A stretch of DNA of 64,000 nt. Source: Phoronis australis (Eukaryota; Animalia; Phoronida). The stretch covers positions 303,844-367,843 of the forward strand of contig NMRA01000155.1 of assembly GCA_002633005.1 (NCBI GenBank). Direction: 5' to 3'. The position numbers and the translations under genes were made by a program. Each line of letters opens with the position of its first letter. Within the stretch, counting starts at the first letter, position 1. The notes beneath the pieces were generated by a model. It saw only the letters and a program-made list of their open reading frames with translations, made no database searches and was not told the DNA's origin. This document shows, piece after piece, positions 11,301 to 24,200 of this stretch.

Positions 11301-14300
11301 AGCACTGTGCAGGTTTATTTAATGCCCATTCACGTGCTTCTAGCGAGAGCATGAAAACTTGGAGAGCACGGCAACTCAAAAGATCTTCACAAACATCAGA
11401 GAGTATACTTTATTGGTACATCGTTCTGATCACTTATCAATCAAAATTATTTCTTGGTTATATTTCCAACAGGTGACAAGGCTTCGATAGGAAATTACGG
11501 TCTTATGGATCAACATTTGGCTCTGAAGTGGGTGAAGGAAAACATTGGGCACTTTGGAGGTGATCCTGATGAAGTTACTATATTTGGAGAATCCGCTGGA
11601 GCCGGAAGTGTTATGTTCCAAGTCATTGCACCTATCAATAGAGGACTATTTAAACGAGCTATTCCTGAGAGTGGTGGCACCGAATGTCCATGGTCACTCG
11701 TCACCAACGAAACGGCCCTTGCAAACACGAAAAAGGTGGCCGCTAAATTGAACTGTTCCTCAACAAGCACTCACATGATGGTCAATTGTCTTAAGCGAAT
11801 TAACGCCGTGGATCTCATTATGGTGACAGCGGGGGATTTCCTGGACCCTGTCAATATGAAACCTGTCGTAGACGGTCACTTCATTCCAAAATCACCGGAG
11901 CAAATGTACAAAGATGGCGTAACTAGAAATATAACCATTATGTCGGGACGCACGAAGCACGAGGGGTACTCGTATATTACTTTCCCAGAAGAAACGCTGC
12001 ATCAAATTGGAATGGAGGATAAAAGTCCGTCCTTTGCCAAAGCCTTAGACTTCTATTACTCTGATGTCATTAAGGCTGTTAAAAGTGGACTTAAAGACAA
12101 GGAGAGCATACTGCAATATACCGACTTTGTGACAGACTCTCAGTTTTCGCATTGCATTGAGAGAGATGCCAGTCTGCATGTTAGGTAAGAAAACGACTAT
12201 AATTGTGGAGAGATATCTTAATACTGACCAACTGTCATGAAAAACAAATTAGCTGTTAGCATTTGCAGAGGATAAAAGTTTAATTATTCAAAGGTGAGAT
12301 ACAAAGTAGTAAAGGTTAGCGACAAATCAAAGTGACCGGGAGAGAATATTCTCAACCAACTTTATTCTGCTCGTTGACATGTTTGCCCAATAAATTCATG
12401 CAGATGTTCTTCAGAAGACATTTGAAACTGCGTGGGACGAGTTGATACGGAAGCTTCTGCTTTAGAAATTGAACACCCTGTAGCCTTTCTTTGGAGATGC
12501 AACAAGTAGTACCGTGACATGTGGAGTGCGTTCCGTAGACCATAGTATTCTGCCAGAGAGCGAGATCACGCAAGACCGTGTAAAATTAGAAGGGTGGAAA
12601 GCGATTTTCCCACGCACGACGAATCTACTCAAGACCTTTCTAGTGTTACTTGTTGCAAAACCACAATTTGTCTGCGAGAGTAGAATGTCGATTTACGAGA
12701 CAAAAATCCTGAATAATGGGTTAGAATTCGCTGCCTTCCTTCCTTAAGCTAAGATTTCTTACCGCAAGACAATGCCATGCATGAGTTTGTTTAAAATTGA
12801 CAAATTGGTCGAATCGCTGACACCCTGGTAGTTGTCACGATACTCCCTTCAAACTGTTGAGACTTGCACCAAAACGACCTAATTCATTTCAAAAAAGAGA
12901 TGAGGGTCAATTCAATTTGAAGTCGCAGAAAACTCGTGCCCTTGTTTGGAATGTGGTAATTGAATTCAGATGCTCATCGCTGAGCATTGGTATAGAGTAT
13001 GGAACAATTTGGGTTTTTCCGTAAGCTCATACTATTTCTCGAGGGGTTTCATAGCTGCACATGTCCGAACTTCAATCATACCAGCAAAGGAATTTATTTC
13101 GCCAAAATGCTTGTCAGGAACACGGCTTCAGCCTAGCGTGACCCAACAGCCGTACGCTACTTCAGTTTTAAATTCTTTGTCTGCCTCTTGATGTACAGTT
13201 GTCTGTTTTTTAAGCCTGTTGTCGCTGAGAGTATATTAGTTTGCATTCTCCTGTTTGAAAGTTACGTGAGTTGCAATTATGACTGAAGTTCGTACACGCA
13301 CAGGGATGATACACCTCCAAGGAAAACTTTAAGGTAGCGAAAATAACTGAACTGTTATTGATGACGTAATAATGTCTGAACAGATGGAAAGTCGATGCTT
13401 GATTAACGTTTTTGAAAGTAAGTCAAAGCCTATCTCATGTCGATTTCATTCTCTATGGCGTACGGCTACTTGATGCCAGAACTTCACTGGGTGGATTTCA
13501 CATTCATATTGTCTTTTGTTTCAGCAACGGAGGCAAATTGTATATGTTCATCTTTAACTTCCATGCTGGTGTCTCCTTCTTTTCGAATTCCAAAATCCCG
13601 GACTTCATATACGGGTCGCATGGTGACGAGCTGGCGTACGTGTTTGGCAACGCCTGTGTAAGAATGCCAGAGGTTGAACCACTGAGATCATTTCCCGGAA
13701 TGACCAAAAGCGATATCACCATGTGCCATGCAATGATGGACATGTGGACTAACTTTGCCTACACCGGGTAAGATATCCATAAGATCCGCCATCTGCACAT
13801 CTGGTTTAGTCTCCTCACCATTATAAAACAGAAGCTCTTGTTATTGAGATAGATTAGAATCTGACAACCGAACAAGTTGAGGCCAGTTTTGCGTTAAGGG
13901 TAAGTTCTCTTGAGACTGTTCTGAACCGATGTCTTATCAAAACGTAAGTGGGACTATCCAGGTTAACGAGTCTGGTGACAACGAATAACGAATAACTAAC
14001 TGTGTCTTCTTCTTTCTAAAGCATGCGGAGACATTGCAGTGTTATAACGGAAGTCTGATGAAATTGAAGTTACGTTAGAAATGATGGGGATTTTTTTAGT
14101 AGTTTTAACTTTTTGCTAGAAAATTAAAGCTGTTGACGGGTTCACCTTAACTTCATATATCGGTGTCCAAAATTCTTGAAAGGTGTGTCCAAAAGCAGCT
14201 TCACCAGTCCCTGGAGCAAAATTCCCTTCTCTCGTCAGCACAGTCTGGTTTCCGCCCCTTGCATTCCACTCTGACTACAAATATTCATGCTACTGAGATT

Positions 14301-17300
14301 ATCTTTAATGATATGTATCAGGGGAGGCTTATTGGTGCTGTCTTAATTGGCCTTAAGAAAGCCTTTGTCACTGTGGACCATGGTATCTTATTACAGAAAC
14401 TAGTCTTATAGAGTTAATGATAACGAACTCCTTTAGTTTAGAAACCACTTATACGACCGTAAACAGGCCAAAGAATACGGTGGTATTCTTTCTGACTACT
14501 CAACCGTATTCACGGGCGTACCCCAGGGTTCCATTCTGGGCCCTCTATTGTTCACTACTTTTATTAACGACCTCCCTACTGTCCTCCACAACCTTGTCCC
14601 AGTTTTATATGCTGATGACACAGCAATTATGTCTACAGCTGGATCCGTAAAAGAACTCGAAACTTCTCTCAACAATGAGGAGCCCTTATCCATAATTGGC
14701 TGATTCAAAATAAACTCACTCTAAACAATTTAGTAAAACCAAGTCGACGCTGTTGGCAACCCACCAGAAATTAATACAACAAAAACTGTCTCTTAATATC
14801 AACGGTTCTCCCATCGAGAATGTTTAAGTACTTGGGCGGCCCAAGTTGGATCTTATTTTAGATCCTAATCTTAAATTTAATATGCACATAGATCATATCA
14901 CAAAGATATTATCAAAGCAAATAGGTGTACTTAAACGTGTAGGCAAATTTCTTAATATCAGTACTCTTAAGACACTTTACCATTCCATTATTCAGCCTCA
15001 TATTGATTATTGTTTACTGGTTTGGGGACATACTAGTGACACACTAGTCAGCAAAGTCCAATTAATGCAAAATAGAACCGCCAGGACTATCCTAGGTACT
15101 AGAATTAGGGACACCAGGGTCGATGACTTGTCTTCGAAGCTGGGATTTATGAAAGTGAAACAAAGAAAAAATATCTCCCCTTGTTGTATGTACAGATATA
15201 TCAATGGCTTGGCTCCAGCATATCTCTGCAGAAAATTTAATAGCAGTTAAGCTGTATGTTATACACGTTCTTCTCTTGGTGCAAATGTTTCTTTTAAAAG
15301 ATTAAAACCGAGACGGGCTAGAGATCTTTTATCTATGCCGTTGCTACAATATGGAATTCTCTTAGCCCAGAAATGAAACGGTTCAATTCAATAAATACTT
15401 TTAAACTTAATATTAAGAAGTGGTTGTTTTTTACCTAAACCGTTTTTACCCTACCTGTCTTACTCATGTCATTCTTTTCTCGTTGTCATAAATACTCTAA
15501 CTGTTTAGAGTCATGTCTTTATTTATTTCAACTCTCTTAGTTAAATTTTCACCATTCTTCGTCATTTATTTATTGTCTTTATTCTCAACCTGTTTTAATA
15601 GCGAATGTTCAAATCCGCCATATTTGAATTTGCCGCCGTAGTTGCATTATGGGAAATGAATGCCTCTATCGCTTGAAAACCGATTGTTTACAGTGTTGCC
15701 GGGTGTTTTTGTAACGACTGTTCAGCACAGAAGCGATCAATAAAGTTATTTTTTCATTTCATATCAATAAAATAATATTAAACGAATAACTAGAGCAGGA
15801 ATCATGCAGCTGTATTTTATTATAGAAATGTTTTGGAAATGAATAACGTCACCCGTTACTGCACCCCACCTTCGTCGATTGTGACTCCGGGGCCAGGTCT
15901 GCAATCTCCGTACTCAGGATCATACTCATAACCGAGATTTCATACTCAAAATCGGCTCACTGGAATCTCATTTCTAGTAGACTCTAAACGTACTCAAATC
16001 TGAGATTCGTACTCGAGTTGCTATAAAACTCTTCAGTTATGATGTGAAATGCAAAAGGACGAAAAGTTGTTCTGATTCAGCGCTCCCTATATTCGCATCG
16101 ACTACCCTAGCAACTATGTTATCGTCAGCTTTCGCTACAATTCCAAGAGTATAACGTGGAATGCTGATTGTTCTGTAACTGTTTTTCATTTTTTCAGTTT
16201 CAATACAATATTCTTCTACCATTTCTCGGTACATGTACATTTGCCAATTATAAAGCTTTACTTCTTGAGTTCCTTATCTCCCGCCGGGAAATGTCTCAAG
16301 AAATTTGAAACAGCTTATCAAAGAAAGTCAGTCGGCCGGAGCGGATCAGCCAAAATCTCAGTGTCTGATTTAGTCAGGGGGCATTCTCCCTACACTTGAC
16401 TCATTTACTCCTAAAATTGTCATGGTCACACCAACGATTGCCGGTATATTGAAATTATCTTTTTCATTAATGCATTGATGAGCCAGTGACCCCGGAACGA
16501 GAGTCGGGTTCCATATCACAGGCCTGCAACCAATATTTTAAGGGAGAGTTCGAATTGCACATTTCCTTTGACGGGAGGTCGACTTCCAAAAGTTTTTACC
16601 TTAATATATTACCAGCGCCGGTGTTCTCCTCTCTAGTAAGCCGGTTGTCCACATCAGCCCGAAACTCCAGTCGACATTTTTGGGCCGCAGTTGCTTGGTT
16701 AGTGGTCAACTTCTGTTCTCTCTTGCATAGAACCCATTGCCGTGTAGGCCAACTTTGATGCTGTATCTAAGCATTTTACCGGGATGTATCAAGTTAGCTG
16801 ACATTTGGCGCGTGAGTTAAGAACACTACATGTAGTACAGGCATTCAGAGTTCATCAGTGAACAGGACGAGACGTCTACTCATAAATGATCGGCAAACAA
16901 AATCGGGAATATCATTCGGGGATTGAGGAATTAGCGATGACTAAAGTATAATGTGAAATCCGACAGGAAAGCAAATTGCTTTTTTAACTTTCCTCGTCTT
17001 TAGGACGAACCGTACAAACCGTTGCAAACGCACTTCAATCATGGCAATCCCCTCCCCCACAGCTGCTTTTGACCCTTGTAATGACTGGACGACATGGGAT
17101 TAGCATTCGCCAGGAATCGTAGTAAGAATTACATTAAAAACTGGTGGCAATGAAGTGCAGTGAGTATGAAGTGTGAGTTTGAGTATGATTCGAGTCTGAG
17201 TGCGGAGATTGGAGACCAGGGCCAGGTAAACTATAAGCCCATGTCTTGGACTGTACGAATTTTTAAAAGTGTAATTTTATAAGACACTGAGAATTTGTAA

Positions 17301-17979
17301 CATATTTTTTCTAGTCTTAATAATTGAAAAGTGCACCTAAATGCAATAATTTCTTCCGTATAGTAACTCACGCTGTTGCTAGGAATATATACTTTATCCC
17401 AGAATGCAATCGTGAGGAACAGGTGTGGGGCATGCGCATTGAGATTGGCACATTCGCTATTGTGTCTTTGTCACGCATATTTAATTGTTGTTTTATTATT
17501 TCATTGTATATTGCTGATTTGTTGTTTGAGGGCCCTCTTGGAATGCAATGTTATCACTGACGAGGTCACCCTCATTTTAAATATCACAATAAATAAATAA
17601 ATAAATAAATAAATGAAAAATATTAACTTTCCTTCATCATCAGTTTGCAGGGTGTGTAAAACAAACATCAGACGTAAGTTATGCTTTCATTTCAACATTT
17701 CTCATCAATCGTCTATTGTTTGCACGTTTCAGTCATCCATTCATGGGCAGACGACATTTCAATTTGCATTGGCCTCAATACAAATTGGATACACGATACA
17801 TCTTCAATATCAACGAAAATCTGACCATGTCATCTGGCGACGACCTCATAGTTACACCCCATGGCAATCCAGAGCTGTTCCGTCCCAAGAAGATCGAGTT
17901 CTGGAATAAGTTAGCACCGAAACTCAAGAAAATCGACATGCCTATGCCTTGCAATGCGACAGCTAATGGGATGACCTAG
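3893..17979 (+). CDS. Gene A: two-domain carboxyl/cholinesterase-family protein (non-catalytic domain + catalytic domain), 7 exons, ~1104 aa
   Basis: Exons 3893-5322, 5875-6164, 7778-8018, 11018-11169, 11473-12184, 13525-13767, 17733-17979 sum to 3315 nt, all GT-AG and in frame. Signal peptide present. CCE motifs occur twice (GVPYAxPP/DIPYAAPP, EDCL, NxGLxDQ, FGGD, W-x-x-FA). Domain 2 has GESAG, HEG, SHGDEL. Confidence 0.92.
5875..6164 (+). CDS. Gene A exon 2: end of domain 1, linker, start of domain 2
   Basis: tttcag|C ... GCAG|gtaatt; 290 nt; encodes WPHFN...KVSFW...HPMIRLKQGHVLG. Confidence 0.88.
7778..8018 (+). CDS. Gene A exon 3
   Basis: ttcag|GA ... AG|gtaatt; encodes YLDIPYAAPPVG...EDCLTL. 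Confidence 0.9.
11018..11169 (+). CDS. Gene A exon 4 (oxyanion loop HGGEY)
   Basis: aacag|G ... G|gtatgt; encodes LPVMVFIHGG...INYRL. Confidence 0.9.
11473..12184 (+). CDS. Gene A exon 5 (GESAG nucleophile, catalytic Glu)
   Basis: acag|GT ... AG|gtaaga; 712 nt. Confidence 0.9.
13525..13767 (+). CDS. Gene A exon 6 (catalytic His, SHGDEL)
   Basis: ttcag|C ... GG|gtaaga; 243 nt. Confidence 0.9.
14150..15440 (+). mobile_element. 5'-truncated, frameshifted non-LTR retrotransposon (CR1/L2-type RT) in intron 6 of gene A
   Basis: SKILE...QSGFRP..ST, KKAFxTVDH, GVPQGSILGPLLF (14515-14544), YADD (14608-14619), then LGxILD..L.F..HI, LYHSIIQPHIDYC, VQLMQNR-AR. Multiple stops and frameshifts. Confidence 0.9.
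15891..17222. mobile_element. Non-autonomous TIR element, PIF/Harbinger-like, in intron 6 of gene A
   Basis: Left end GGCCAGGTCTGCAATCTCCGTACTCAG matches the reverse complement of the right end, GCCCTGGTCTCCAATCTCCGCACTCAG. CATACTCA subterminal repeats at both ends. Imperfect 3-bp flank CGG/CAG. Confidence 0.6.
17588..17612 (+). repeat. (AATA)n microsatellite
   Basis: aataaataaataaataaataaataa. Confidence 0.85.
17733..17979 (+). CDS. Gene A exon 7 (terminal coding exon)
   Basis: ttcag|T CAT CCA ... TAG; encodes WPQY...KIEFWNKL; 247 nt. Confidence 0.88.
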
Positions 17980-18278
17980 TTAACCTTGGTGGTGTTTTAC
18001 TTGCGTTGTCTAAGTACATTAGCACTGAAGAAATAATCTTTAGCTATGCACCCATGGCATATTCGTCTGATAGATATGAGTATTCTTTGGAGAAAAAGAA
18101 TTTTGAAGAGTGGAACATTTTCCTCTTTTTGAAGTCCACTGATAAACAAGTAGTAAAGTTGTAGAAGATAAGATTTTTAAGAACGCAACATCCAAATTTA
18201 ATTTCATACTAATTCTTTACACCAACTCATGCTGCTTCTTAGATTTTCGGGTTTTTTTTTTTGGTAGAATCGCTACTT

Positions 18279-21200
18279 GGTTCATTCTCCACTAACGTTT
18301 GCAATTGGAAAAATTTGTGTGAAAAAATAAAGTTGTCAATATTGCTTAAAAATGTGTTGGAATAAGATTGTTAATGTAATTAGCAGAAGAGCACAAAAGG
18401 GCTGATTCATAACTTTGCTGATCTTGGTTGTGCGAGTGGACAAAGAAGGGTACCCAAATTTAACTTTCGTAGACACGTTATTGGGCAGAATTTTAATAAA
18501 TCGTGCAAATATCTAAACATCTATACATTAAACTAGATATCATAAGTTTTTTTATGTAGCATACACCTTTGGATTATGATAGGAACCTTTGCTTGTTCAC
18601 AATAAAAAAGATCTTCAGTTTTATAGTTGTACTTTTGATTTGTACCTTAATGCCAAGATTACGAATAAAATCAAATGCATGACAATAGATGTTACCTTGT
18701 AATGAGGCCACGTGTACTTTATGTGAGCCAAAATAAGGCGATTTGCAGGAAATGGAGACACAGTGAAGGTTGTTCACAGACAGTAAATGAGAGAAAATTG
18801 TCAGTGGCATGACTTAAACAAAGCCATACCTTTCATAACGTACATGTATCTATGAAGAATTTACGATCACATTAAAAAACAGCCTGGAAAGGTTTTATAG
18901 GCTTGTTTATCGAACGACAGTGTTGGAAAGCTTACTTGAAGTTAAGTTATAATATGTTATTTAAAGATATTTTTGCTAATGTGTATCTTTTCTGTACACA
19001 GGTTTATATTTCTAGTACTCCCATCCAAGAACTTCTCCAAACAGACATCAAGTTGATTATTCCGCTCCATCGTACAAGCATTACTAATTAACCAAAACAT
19101 GCAGCGTTTAACCAATAGATTATTAAAAGAAAACGTAAATATGGTGTGAAAAGAATTTTTATTTATTATAACGTATCTATGAAATGTTGAACAAGATAAA
19201 ATCAGTATCGTTTCACGTGAATTTCTGGCCACACTGCCACAAAAATGCTTCTGGTGTTCTGTGTTGCGTTCGTATATTTGGTTTCTTTCAGCTCTTCAAC
19301 AATGCCGTTTGCAGCTACCAACATTTTGTTATCCGGCTAAGAAGTGCTCTCGGACTTAGCCACGCCTGTCTCAGCTCTTGTCCTGATTTGGACTTTGGTG
19401 TTGTGGGTGACTCGCACCAGTGAAATTATCATCCAGGTTTCTGTCGTTATCAGGTGTATTGCCATCTTCAAAATCGCGAGGCGTGATTTTCATGCATAAC
19501 CACAAACACCTTTGTCTCCACTTTGCTACGTAGATTTTTGATTTCTCTACTTCAAGCTCCATTTTCTGTGTTCTGTATCTCACATGTCTGAGAGCTCTAG
19601 ACCTGCGGGATTCTTGGAAAGATCAGCTTTACCATAGACTATAGTACATGGACCGCCAACTCCCTATACTTTCAATGGACGAAATCTGTGAGCTTACACA
19701 AGCCCTTTCGCCATTATTCACTGGCGACACCTGGCTAAATTTTCTGGTGCAATTTCCGGCAAGTACGTCGTCTGCTAATCATGGTCGGCTACGGTGTGGC
19801 CGGTTGTTCGGCCACACACGCGAAATGCAAAGGAATTAGCTTCCATACCATCCGAAGACCCCATAATCGGCTGTCAACGTGAATGGCAGTTGTTTCAGCA
19901 ATAAGACTTTATACATTTGTTCAAGGCACTTCGAAGATGAATGTTTTTAAGAGACTACTACTTAATCCTGTCTTCACAAATCCATTTTTGTTTTCTCCGT
20001 TTTAATGAAAACTATCTGGTAAACTTTTTGACGAGAATTATCCTCTAAATTTCTTCCAAAGGTAGTGACTCGTAAACTCTTGTCCTCACGAGGAAGTTCA
20101 GCCATAGCCTAGTGAGCGAATTAACCAAATTACTCTTCGCTGGCCCTGATCAGACGGTTGGTCTCAGCAGAATGCGCACATTTGGCCAGGATTTGGATTA
20201 GCGATTTCAACAAATTCACATTCGTGTACAAATAAATAGAACGCTGGTAAAACCTTGAACATAAATAAAGATTAAATTAATACTTCATAAATAACCACCC
20301 GGACCAGTCAAAATCTATCTCGCAATTCAACAGCAGGTTACACACTCATTTCATGTCGAATATATGCCGCACAAAATCTCTCGACTGCAGTCTATGAAAA
20401 TGCAACCAACTTCTTTTAAAACATGGAACAGGAACCCCAGAGGGGTGTAAAGGTTGTTTTTATTCCTCAATGTTAATTTTTTTGTAAGCGGACATATGTT
20501 TTCCGCCTTAATTCCTAACATTTCTAAACTTAAGCGTTTCAAACGAACGTTTATGACGAAAGCAAAATTCTTCAACCAGTTTTGTAAAGTCCTATGCCGC
20601 CTGTATTACAGTAGGGTATATAATGAGCCAATCCCACTCCTAATGTAACAAAAGGGTCCCGTGCATAAAGGATACTAAGTATTGCCCTTCTGAAATATTA
20701 CCGTATGCGCCCTAATAAGCGGCAAGGGTGCTTAGAAAAATCCACTTCAGGAAGGGGGCGCTTATTATAGCCCAAAAGTGGTTGAAACCCGTTCTCCGAA
20801 ACAGGTGAAATCGTAAGCCAGAATTCTTTTCAGTTACGCTCTGTGACGCATCTGTAACCTATGAGCAGAGTTTCTACAAAACTGCAGTGCATTGCTATCA
20901 AACTTTGTTGCAAACGAGCATTTTTCAGAAAATACCACTGCCAAAAATTGCCGTGAATCAGGTTTCAAGCTCCTCAGTTTGGTTTAACTATATATTAATA
21001 AACCATAAAAGTGCTTCCAAGTGATCAGTGCAATGCCTGCGCACGTCTAATAAATGTGTATCATGCAGCTCCTGGTTTAAACAAAGGTATGTTTTTTAAT
21101 TTTGGTCCGGTATAAATAACGCCACAGACCTGGAAATCCAGCGAAACACTTCCACCTTACAAATCTGACAATCTCTAGTCTCAGAAAATTTGAGCACCCG

Positions 21201-24200
21201 GCAAAAGATACAAATGATGAAATTTTGGTGATGATGATAATCACCCACTTTATTTATTTACTTCACCTCAATTTGAAATACTTGGCAAAATGAAGCCCAT
21301 TCGAGTAAGCATCATGTGGGTCCCAATGCCAACCCTGATAGAACCCAACAAGTTCAAGTTGCAGTCAAATCAGGATGGGCATAAATAAGGAAATTTAGTG
21401 TATCAACAGATTGGCCAAATATGAATAAGGAACAAAGTGTTGCTACAGTGCACACGTGCACGATGCTTGGTCTATTATTTTCCCGCCGTAAATGCATGAA
21501 CCAATCAGATCACCAATGGCACAAAGTTTTCGAAAACAGCTCGATTTTTAGGGAGTCATGTTTTACTGTTCTATTTATTTTCAAAACTTTATTGCGTTAC
21601 AGTTAGTTTATTTTCTCTTCAACTCAATGAAGCCACCTAATATGAATGCATTCAACGTACACAATTAATGCATTGTAAAAACCAAAAGTTATGCTCTCTA
21701 TCAACGTTAGACAAAATCAGTACTCCCCTTTCTTAAAAAATGGGTTAACAGTTAGAAACAACGGACACAAGTTTCCATCACTTGTAACGTCGATTTTCGA
21801 CATTGATGTTGGGAAGGAACATCAGTCTGGTGACAGCAACACGGAATCGCTCGAAGGCGATGATTTTCAATCGTTTTCGTATTATGTCTTTTTCCCTATG
21901 GTTCAGGGCTACTTCTGAATCCATGAACAAGAACTGAAAAAGGCAGGGTTCGTGATAACGTTGGAGAACGGTAACATTTATATAAGGTGTTACAACTGTC
22001 ATCGATATTGTCATCTCCTCTGTTTTCATCCAACCTTCCCAGATGAAAACTTGAATGAAGAGGACCTTCAGTACTTGAGTGAGCATGGTATACTGTGTGA
22101 TTTGTGTTGAATTATTCAACGGTTCTTTTAAGAACCATTTCACGCTATACCTACAACCAACGGCCCTTTTAAGGGCCACTCAACACTTCCCAGAAGAACT
22201 GCTCACTTGAGAATGTTGATTTATAAACATGCTTTCGTAGTTTTCTCAGTAGGCCTATGTGAACCATAAATCAAAAACTGTCCGATAACTACATGTATGC
22301 TGCCATGGGGCAAGCAGACGACATAATCAGTCGGCACCGAAGTTTGAATTTTGTAATTAATTACCAGTAGCATTGCCAAAAGTACTCACAATACCAACAC
22401 CTCTACTATTGAAAGACTTTGAAAAGCGTTTCAATGCCGAAATTAATATTTTTTCGTTGTTTTGGCCAGTAAAGTAGATGCAAGTATTTCTCGTCAAAAT
22501 ACACTAACCGGAAACTGCACCACAAAGGTTAGGAGAGCTCAGCTCATCACGTAAGAATATGCCGGAGTTGCGAATCTGTTGTCTATAATCTATGGCTTTA
22601 CGCAAAGCTTTTCATTTGATCTCGTTGATGTCCCAAGGCCTTCGTTTTCTTTTGAACTGGACCCCTGGTTGCTCTATGAGTCATTGTCGACTATGTTTTC
22701 AGACCTAGGACTTGAAACGACGTCGCCCGTGGCAGATACTTGCTTCTTCTTTCTGTAGTATCTCCTGTTGTAAATTCTAGCCTTGGAGTTGTCCATTTTT
22801 GGGTGTAGGATTTCTCGGAAGCGGCAACCTTGTATCCGTTTTGTCTTTCTCTTTCCATTCTCAGGAAATCAGGATAGTTCTTACCTTCTCGATATGTTTT
22901 TTTAATCTTTGCTTGTGTTTTACCCATAATGTCTGAAAGAGAAAAGTCCCAATACAAATACCATGTCTGTATGAGGGAAAAATGCTTATGCGCAGCACTG
23001 CTAGACAGACCCAGCTTGAGTCACTAAAATGCAACTGTTCGCTTTCAGCCCGCGAGGGCAGTCATCTTTTTAGGCAGGGGATGTGGCCAGGCTCCAAACA
23101 TGGGGCGAAATTTATACCACCATCAAGAAATGCGACCCATATGTGTAACAACAGCAAGAATTGAGACCCATATTTATACTTCATCTGGAAAAGTTTACCG
23201 TGTGGAAGGTGAAAAAGCGGCGAAACTTATACCAAAAAATGAAAAATGCGACTCATTTGGGCGGCACGTCCCCACCACCTTTATTATTACATTGATTGCC
23301 CCCTTATTTCAGTTTTCAACGACATAAAAATGCATTTCCGGCAAAACTGTAAAATATTGTCTCTATAATCTTTAACTCCATTTGAATCGTCCTTAACCTA
23401 AGAAAAAAAACGAGTCATCAGTTTGAGGATTTTTCATAGATACGTTATTTAGAATAATAGAAAACACTTCAATTAATCATTTTACTTGTATGTGGAGCCG
23501 CTTCTCAATTTACTCAAGCTATTTTGCTTGAAAATATACATTCCGTTTAAAAATGCTTGATATGAATCGTCGCTACCTTGTTTGAAGGGAATTCAAAGAT
23601 ACGTTATTTACCGCGACGTGGATACGTTATTACAGAAAGCCTGTTTCGATTGGACCTGTACAATTTTGTTTATTTTCACTAAACATAGGACTGTTTCTTA
23701 AGCTATAAAAGCTATATCGCTTCGGAAGACACTGTCCATTTTAAATCTGACTATAACTTTACTTACCTCGTCAAAGATATAACTGATGACGTTTTGCATC
23801 TATCGGCTTCATCTTCAGGCTGTCGATTTTGCCGCAATCAGACAATATATGTCTGTTCCTCCAAAGTGGAACGCGACATCATGTTAAGAGGATGACATTC
23901 CTGTTGTACATCGCATAAGATAAATAGATAACGTATCTGTCGCATAACGTATCTCTGAAACCAAAAACAAAACTGACGATGCACCACACAATTCTGCGGA
24001 AAGGAATGAAACGACAATTTCAATACACTCTTACAGTAATTCCAAAAGCATTAAAAACACTTACATTCCTAGGATGCCTCACAGTTTCTTTAAATGTAAT
24101 AACGTATCTTTGAAAACAATTGAGTAACAATTTGTATTTCGTAGTTTTAGAGACACTGCAGCTCTTTCTGTTATTATCTATGAAATTAATAATTTTGTTT

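Noticed and set aside
19633-20396. Possible P-element-like TIR pair CATAGACT...AGTCTATG around the THAP remnant
   Set aside because: Only 8 bp match and no TSD
20699-20775. TA|CCGTATGCGCCCTAATAAGCG, a mariner/pogo-like left end
   Set aside because: No matching right end found, so it could not be delimited
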